Shown here: positions 14,543-21,039 of the stretch, piece after piece
How positions within the stretch are numbered: the stretch's first letter is position 1
Layout: each line of letters begins with the position of its first letter
Source: Candidatus Krumholzibacteriia bacterium
Lineage (GTDB): Bacteria; Krumholzibacteriota; Krumholzibacteriia; LZORAL124-64-63
NCBI GenBank assembly: GCA_036351155.1
Contig: JAZBOO010000265.1
Span: forward strand, 1 to 21,039
Reading direction: 5' to 3'
Length of the DNA: 21,039 bases
Position numbers and translations under genes: made by a program
Notes under the pieces: model-generated
The model's input: only the letters and a program-made list of their open reading frames with translations
What the model was told of the DNA's origin: nothing
Database searches by the model: none

Positions 14543-15073
14543 ATGGGTCAGTACTTCAACGACATGTATCAGGCTGTCAGCAGCGCCTTGGTGGGGATGT
14601 CCATCACCATCAAGCACATCTGGAAGAAGCCGGTGACGTTGCAGTTTCCCGACGAGCGTCAGGTCATGCCCGACCGGTTCCGGGGATTCGTGCACAACGA
14701 CACGCTCAAGTGCGACGCCTGTAATATTTGCGCCAAGCTGTGCCCCGTGGATTGCATCTACATCGAGACCGAGGGCAAGGCCAAGGAGCGCTACATGACG
14801 CGCTATGCGATCGACTACAACAAGTGCATCTGGTGCTCGCTGTGCACCGAGAACTGCCACACCGGGTCGATCACCATGAGCCACGACTACGACCACTCGG
14901 TGTACTTCCGCCAGACTCTGGTCTACGAGTTCATGAATCCCAACGAGGCCAAGGTGCCCTGCCACCGCACCACCCGTGAAGAGCAGGGCTGGTGGGTGCC
15001 TCCCAAGGAAGAGAAGGCCAAACCTGCGGCCGAGAAGCCCGAATCCTCCGATGACAAAGGGGAGACCACGTGA
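14543..15073 (+). CDS. nuoI: NADH-quinone oxidoreductase-like subunit I, 2x[4Fe-4S]
   Basis: VTLQFPDER...RFRG, CDACNICAKLCP, CIWCSLCTENCH. SD GAGGAG at 14531-14536. Confidence 0.95.
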   Translation: MGQYFNDMYQAVSSALVGMSITIKHIWKKPVTLQFPDERQVMPDRFRGFVHNDTLKCDACNICAKLCPVDCIYIETEGKAKERYMTRYAIDYNKCIWCSLCTENCHTGSITMSHDYDHSVYFRQTLVYEFMNPNEAKVPCHRTTREEQGWWVPPKEEKAKPAAEKPESSDDKGETT

Positions 15074-15606
15074 CCGCTGACCTGATTTTCTACGCGCTGG
15101 CGCTGTTGACCTTGCTGCCCGCCTTCTGGGTGGTCCTCAGCCCCAATATCGTGCACGCGGGTTTTGCCCTGCTGTTCACGCTGTTCGGAGCCGCCGGCCT
15201 GTATGCCTGGATGGGCGCCGATTTCATCGCCATCACCCAGCTGATGGTCTACGTCGGCGGCGTGCTGGTGCTGATCCTGTTCACGGTGATGATGACCCGG
15301 GTGCCCCAGAGCGGCCGGAAGCTGCACGGGTTTGACGGCCTGGTGCCGCCCGCGGTGATCGGTCTGGCCATCCTGGCCGTGCTGTGGAAGGTGATCACCG
15401 GGACCCAGTGGGCCAGCCAGGGCCTGGGTGAGGTGCAGCCCACCACCGCCGAGATCGGCGTGAACTTCATGACCAACTACATCTTCCCCTTCGAGTTCGT
15501 TTCGCTGGTGCTGCTGGCGGCCATGATCGGTGCGGCCATTTTGATCCGCGAGCGCAAGCAGGGGGACGACGAGTCCGCGAACGAGGATACGGAGGTGTCG
15601 TCATGA
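15070..15606 (+). CDS. nuoJ: NADH-quinone oxidoreductase-like subunit J
   Basis: GTG start overlapping the nuoI stop. Motifs ADFIAITQLMVYVGGVLVLILFTVMM and YIFPFEFVSLVLLAAMIGA. Confidence 0.96.
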   Translation: MTADLIFYALALLTLLPAFWVVLSPNIVHAGFALLFTLFGAAGLYAWMGADFIAITQLMVYVGGVLVLILFTVMMTRVPQSGRKLHGFDGLVPPAVIGLAILAVLWKVITGTQWASQGLGEVQPTTAEIGVNFMTNYIFPFEFVSLVLLAAMIGAAILIRERKQGDDESANEDTEVSS

Positions 15607-15911
15607 CCGTCGGGTTGACCCACTTCCTGTTCATCGGGGCGGTGCTGTTTTCACTGGGACTGCTCGCCGTCATGACGCGGCGCAACGCCGTCGGTATCCT
15701 GATGGGCGTGGAGCTGATGCTCAATGCCTCGAACATCAACTTCGTGGCCTTTTCCCGCTACGTCGAGCACAGCATCAACGGGCAGATCATGTCCGCTTTT
15801 GTCATCGTGCTGGCCGCCGCCGAGGCGGCCGTGGCCCTGGCCATCGTTCTGGCGCTGTTCCGCAACTTCGGGACACCCAATGCGGACACTGTCCAAAGCC
15901 TGAAGAGATAA
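15603..15911 (+). CDS. nuoK: NADH-quinone oxidoreductase-like subunit K
   Basis: RRNAVGILMGVELMLNASNINFVAF, AAAEAAVALAIV. Confidence 0.97.
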   Translation: MTVGLTHFLFIGAVLFSLGLLAVMTRRNAVGILMGVELMLNASNINFVAFSRYVEHSINGQIMSAFVIVLAAAEAAVALAIVLALFRNFGTPNADTVQSLKR

Positions 15912-15926
15912 GGGAGTCATCAAGCG

Positions 15927-18095
15927 ATGAGCGAATCCGCCATCCTGTATTCCGCGCTGGCGATCCTGGGACTGCCCCTGCTGTCCTACGCCCTGACCTT
16001 CTTCTTCGGCAAAAAACTGCCGAGGCAAGGGGACTTCATCGGCGTCACCTTCATGGGGGCGGCCTGGATCCTGGCCATCCGAATCTTCGTGCACTTCTGG
16101 CAGGTGGGTGACCCATCCTACAAGATGGAGGCCGCCTTCACCTGGGTGGATCTGGGGGGGTTCCGGCTCGACGCCGGCATCCTGGTCGACGGCATGACCA
16201 GCGTCATGCTGGTGGTCGTGTCCACGGTCAGCTTCCTGGTGCACCTGTACTCGACGGGCTACATGCACGGCGATCGGCGCTACGAGCGCTTCTTCGCCTT
16301 CCTGGGCTTCTTCACCTTCTCCATGATGGGCATCGTGCTGGCGAACAATCTGTTCTTCCTGTACGTGTTCTGGGAGCTGGTGGGTCTGTCGAGCTACCTG
16401 CTGATCGGGTTCTTCTTCCACAAGCATTCGGCGGCCAACGCCAACAAGAAGGCCTTCCTGACCAACCGCGTGGGTGACTGGGGATTCTGGCTGGGCATCC
16501 TGGCCTTCTTCACCGCCACCGGCACGCTCAACTACTTCGAGCTGTTTGCCCACGTGCATGCGGGCACCATCAAGGGAACCTTGCTGACCTTTGCCGGTCT
16601 GGGCCTTTTCATGGGCTGCCTGGGCAAGTCGGCCCAGATGCCGCTGCACATCTGGCTGCCCGATGCCATGGAGGGCCCCACCCCGGTGTCGGCCCTGATT
16701 CACGCTGCGACCATGGTGGCCGCCGGTGTGTACATGGTGGCGCGCCTGGCTCCCCTGTTCGGCCCCAACGCCATGCTGGTCATTCTCTACGTGGGGGCCA
16801 TCACGGCTTTTGTCACCGCGACCATCGCGCTGGTGAAAACCGACTTCAAGCGCATCCTGGCGTTTTCGACCCTGAGCCAGCTGGGTTACATGGTCATGTC
16901 CCTGGGCGCCGGCGACCCCACCAACGCCATGTTCCACCTGACCACCCACGCCATGTTCAAGGGCCTGCTGTTCCTGACCGCGGGTTCCGTGATCCACGCG
17001 GTGCACAGCCAGGAGATCACCGACATGGGCGGCCTGCGCAAGAAGATGCCCATCACCTTCGTCACCTTCCTGATCGGCACCATGGCCCTGTCCGGGGTGC
17101 CCTTCCTGTCGGGCTTCTACTCGAAGGACGGCATCCTGGGGTCCACCCTGGCCTTCGGCATGATCAACGGCCACTACGTGCCCTTTGTTCTGGGCATCAT
17201 GGCCGCGCTGCTCACGCCGTTCTACATGTTCCGGCTGACCTTCCTGGCCTTCTTCGGCAAGCCGGCTGACCAGAAGCGCTACGACCACGCCCACGAATCG
17301 CCGCTGAACATGACCATTCCGCTGATGGTCCTGGCCTTCCTGTCGATCATCGCCGCGGGCTGGAAAACCGCCGACCAGGGCTGGTTCAGCAAGTTCACCG
17401 CGCCCTACGATGTGCCGGCCATTGCCGCCGGGTTCCACATCGAGGGGGCCGACCATGCCACGCATGAGATGACGGTGGCTGGACATGATGATGCTCACCA
17501 TGAGCCTGTGGGGCATGGTGAGGTTCATGGCGAAGAGCATGCGATGGCTGCCGAGCACGGCGAAGCTGCTCATGGGGAGGAGCACGGCGAAGCGGCTCAT
17601 GGTGATGGTCACGCCGACCATCACGATGTGCATCATACCGCCCACGTGCGGGCCATGATCATGTCCATCTGCATGGTCATCCTGGGCATCGGTGGCGCCT
17701 GGTTTGTTTACCACCAGAAGAAGGTCAACACCGCAGCCATCCAGCAGCGCCTCAAGGGTGCCTACACCATGCTGCAGGGGCAGTACTTCTTCGATGAGTT
17801 CTATGCGGCCACCGTGTACCGGGCCACCCTGTGGTGGGCCGATGTGTGCGCTGCTTTCGACCGGATCGTCGTTGACGGCATCGTCAACGGCACCGGCTAC
17901 CTGACCCGCATGGTCAGCTGGATATCCGGATCCATCGACAAGTACTTCGTCGATGGCGCAGTCAATGGTATCGCCACGGTGCTGCAAGGCGCCGGCGAAG
18001 GTTTCCGTCGCATTCAGACCGGTCGCGTCCAGACGTACCTGGCTTACGTCGGGGCGTCGATTCTGGTTCTGGTTCTGATTTACAATGTCCTGTAG
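15927..18095 (+). CDS. nuoL: NADH-quinone oxidoreductase-like subunit L (antiporter-like)
   Basis: FWELVGLSSYLLIGF, KAFLTNRVGD, GKSAQMPLHIWLPDAMEGPTPVSALIHAATMV, THAMFKGLLF, C-terminal lateral helix region ending in IQTGRVQTY. Confidence 0.97.
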   Translation: MSESAILYSALAILGLPLLSYALTFFFGKKLPRQGDFIGVTFMGAAWILAIRIFVHFWQVGDPSYKMEAAFTWVDLGGFRLDAGILVDGMTSVMLVVVSTVSFLVHLYSTGYMHGDRRYERFFAFLGFFTFSMMGIVLANNLFFLYVFWELVGLSSYLLIGFFFHKHSAANANKKAFLTNRVGDWGFWLGILAFFTATGTLNYFELFAHVHAGTIKGTLLTFAGLGLFMGCLGKSAQMPLHIWLPDAMEGPTPVSALIHAATMVAAGVYMVARLAPLFGPNAMLVILYVGAITAFVTATIALVKTDFKRILAFSTLSQLGYMVMSLGAGDPTNAMFHLTTHAMFKGLLFLTAGSVIHAVHSQEITDMGGLRKKMPITFVTFLIGTMALSGVPFLSGFYSKDGILGSTLAFGMINGHYVPFVLGIMAALLTPFYMFRLTFLAFFGKPADQKRYDHAHESPLNMTIPLMVLAFLSIIAAGWKTADQGWFSKFTAPYDVPAIAAGFHIEGADHATHEMTVAGHDDAHHEPVGHGEVHGEEHAMAAEHGEAAHGEEHGEAAHGDGHADHHDVHHTAHVRAMIMSICMVILGIGGAWFVYHQKKVNTAAIQQRLKGAYTMLQGQYFFDEFYAATVYRATLWWADVCAAFDRIVVDGIVNGTGYLTRMVSWISGSIDKYFVDGAVNGIATVLQGAGEGFRRIQTGRVQTYLAYVGASILVLVLIYNVL
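17553..17606 (+). repeat. 27-bp tandem duplication inside the His-rich loop of nuoL (EHGEAAHGE / EHGEAAHGD)
   Basis: gagcacggcgaagctgctcatggggag / gagcacggcgaagcggctcatggtgat, 24/27 identical. Confidence 0.85.
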
Positions 18096-18139
18096 CAAGG
18101 ACGGGTTTGTGTTGAAAACACCCGAGAGGAGCGCCACGC

Positions 18140-19663
<1,524 letters not shown>

Positions 19664-19691
19664 CGGCCGCCTCATAAGGAGCGTTCCATCC

Positions 19692-21039
19692 ATGGAACTG
19701 ATGAATGTGATCATTCCCAGCTGGTCGGACCTGGCGCACTGGATCCCCGAGGCGGTGCTGTGCGGCACCTTCCTGGCGGCGTTGCTTGGCGATCTCCTGT
19801 TCCGCGGCAGGCGGCCGGGTGTGCCCTTCGTGATCGCCGTGTTCGGCCTGATCACCGCCGGCAGCTACGCCGTGGCCGCCCTGGGCCACCATGACCAGGG
19901 CGCCCAGACCATCATGGGCCAGCTGGTGGTCGTGGATGGGCTGGCGGGCTTCTTCCGCCTGCTGTTCATCTTCACCGGCCTGGTGACCGTGCTGTTTGCC
20001 TGGACCAGCGAAGAAATCATGGGCCGCAAGCGTGAGAACAAGAGCGAGTTCTACGCCATGACCGTGATGATGACCGCCGCCATGTGTGTCATGGCCGAGG
20101 CCCAGGATCTGCTGATGCTCTTCCTGTCCATGGAAGCGGTGGGTCTGGTCAGCTACGTCATGGCCGGCTACATGCGCGGCAGCCTGCGCAGCACTGAAGC
20201 CGGGCTGAAGTACGTGCTGTTCGGCGCGGTCAGCAGCGGCATCATGCTGTACGGCATGAGCCTGCTGTACGGCATGACCGGCAGCATGACCTTCGAGGGC
20301 ATCCGCGCCGGCCTCATGACCAGCGAAGCGGTGAACCCCTTCGGTCTGCTGGTCATCGTCATCCTGATCCTGGCCGGCATGAGCTACAAGATCGCCGCGG
20401 TGCCCTTCCACTTCTGGTGTCCCGACGTGTACGAGGGCGCGCCCACTCCGGTGAGCGCCATCTTCAGCGTGGGTCCCAAGGCGGCGGGCTTTGCGCTGAT
20501 GATCCGCTTCTTCTACACCACCATGGGCAGCGGCCCTCTGATCGAGACCATCAACTGGCCCCTGCTGGTGGCGGTGATGTCGGCGGTGACCATGACCTAC
20601 GGCAACCTGGTGGCTCTGCGTCAGGTGAACGTCAAGCGCATGCTGGCCTACTCCAGTATTGCCCACGTGGGTTACCTGCTGATGGGCTTCGTGCTGCTGA
20701 CCGATGCCGGTCTGTCGGCCATCCTGTTCTACCTGCTGGTCTACACCTTCATGAACCTGGGCGCGTTCTTCTACGTGGTGGCCATCAACAACCACCTGCA
20801 GAGCGAAGACCTGCGCGACTACATCGGCGTGGGCTTCCGCGCCCCCTGGGCCGGCTTCATGATGGTGATCTTCCTGGCCTCACTGACGGGTATTCCGCCC
20901 TTCGCGGGCTTCGTCGGTAAGTTCTACCTGTTTGCCGCGGCCATGGACAAGTCACTGTACTGGCTGGTCATCGTGGCGGGCCTGAACTCGGTGGTGGGCC
21001 TGTACTACTACTTCAAGGTCGTGAAGGCCATGTTCCTGA
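19692..21039 (+). CDS. nuoN: NADH-quinone oxidoreductase-like subunit N (3' partial)
   Basis: Not in the ORF track. ATG 19692 follows SD TAAGGAG. Hand translation gives STEAGLKYVLFGAVSSGIMLYGMSLLYG, YKIAAVPFHFWCPDVYEGAPTPV, KRMLAYSSIAHVGY, SLTGIPPFAGFVGKFY. The frame is open to the window edge. Confidence 0.96.
   Translation, partial: MELMNVIIPSWSDLAHWIPEAVLCGTFLAALLGDLLFRGRRPGVPFVIAVFGLITAGSYAVAALGHHDQGAQTIMGQLVVVDGLAGFFRLLFIFTGLVTVLFAWTSEEIMGRKRENKSEFYAMTVMMTAAMCVMAEAQDLLMLFLSMEAVGLVSYVMAGYMRGSLRSTEAGLKYVLFGAVSSGIMLYGMSLLYGMTGSMTFEGIRAGLMTSEAVNPFGLLVIVILILAGMSYKIAAVPFHFWCPDVYEGAPTPVSAIFSVGPKAAGFALMIRFFYTTMGSGPLIETINWPLLVAVMSAVTMTYGNLVALRQVNVKRMLAYSSIAHVGYLLMGFVLLTDAGLSAILFYLLVYTFMNLGAFFYVVAINNHLQSEDLRDYIGVGFRAPWAGFMMVIFLASLTGIPPFAGFVGKFYLFAAAMDKSLYWLVIVAGLNSVVGLYYYFKVVKAMFL

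Noticed and set aside
21037..21039. Terminal TGA as the nuoN stop codon
   Set aside because: Out of frame (…ATG TTC CTG A). nuoN continues beyond the window.

Overview
High-GC bacterial window with two divergent blocks. The sorting-signal types suggest an FCB-group candidate lineage such as Krumholzibacteriota, Latescibacterota or Eisenbacteria (inference only). Right half (+ strand, ~10522 to the end): nuoA-B-C-D-H-I-J-K-L-M-N(partial), an 11-subunit complex I-like operon with no nuoEFG. It has a near-consensus sigma70 promoter, an operator-like palindrome and a structured leader. NuoL carries a 70-residue His-rich loop and NuoC an acidic insertion. Left half (- strand): rlmH, then a separately promoted cluster of seven genes that all encode predicted exported proteins. 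In order these are a PEGA/DUF5683-like protein, an FN3/Ig-repeat lipoprotein, a protein with an FlgD-Ig/T9SS-like C-terminal domain, a protein ending in a 'TTWSGVKALFR' tail, a TPR-CHAT (caspase-like) protease with a signal peptide and membrane tail, a small helical protein, and a large protein with ~365-aa internal repeats. That last gene and nuoN are missing from the ORF track because they run off the window edges. The extracytoplasmic CHAT protease cluster is the best candidate for an undescribed system. No RNA genes, CRISPR arrays or mobile elements were seen.
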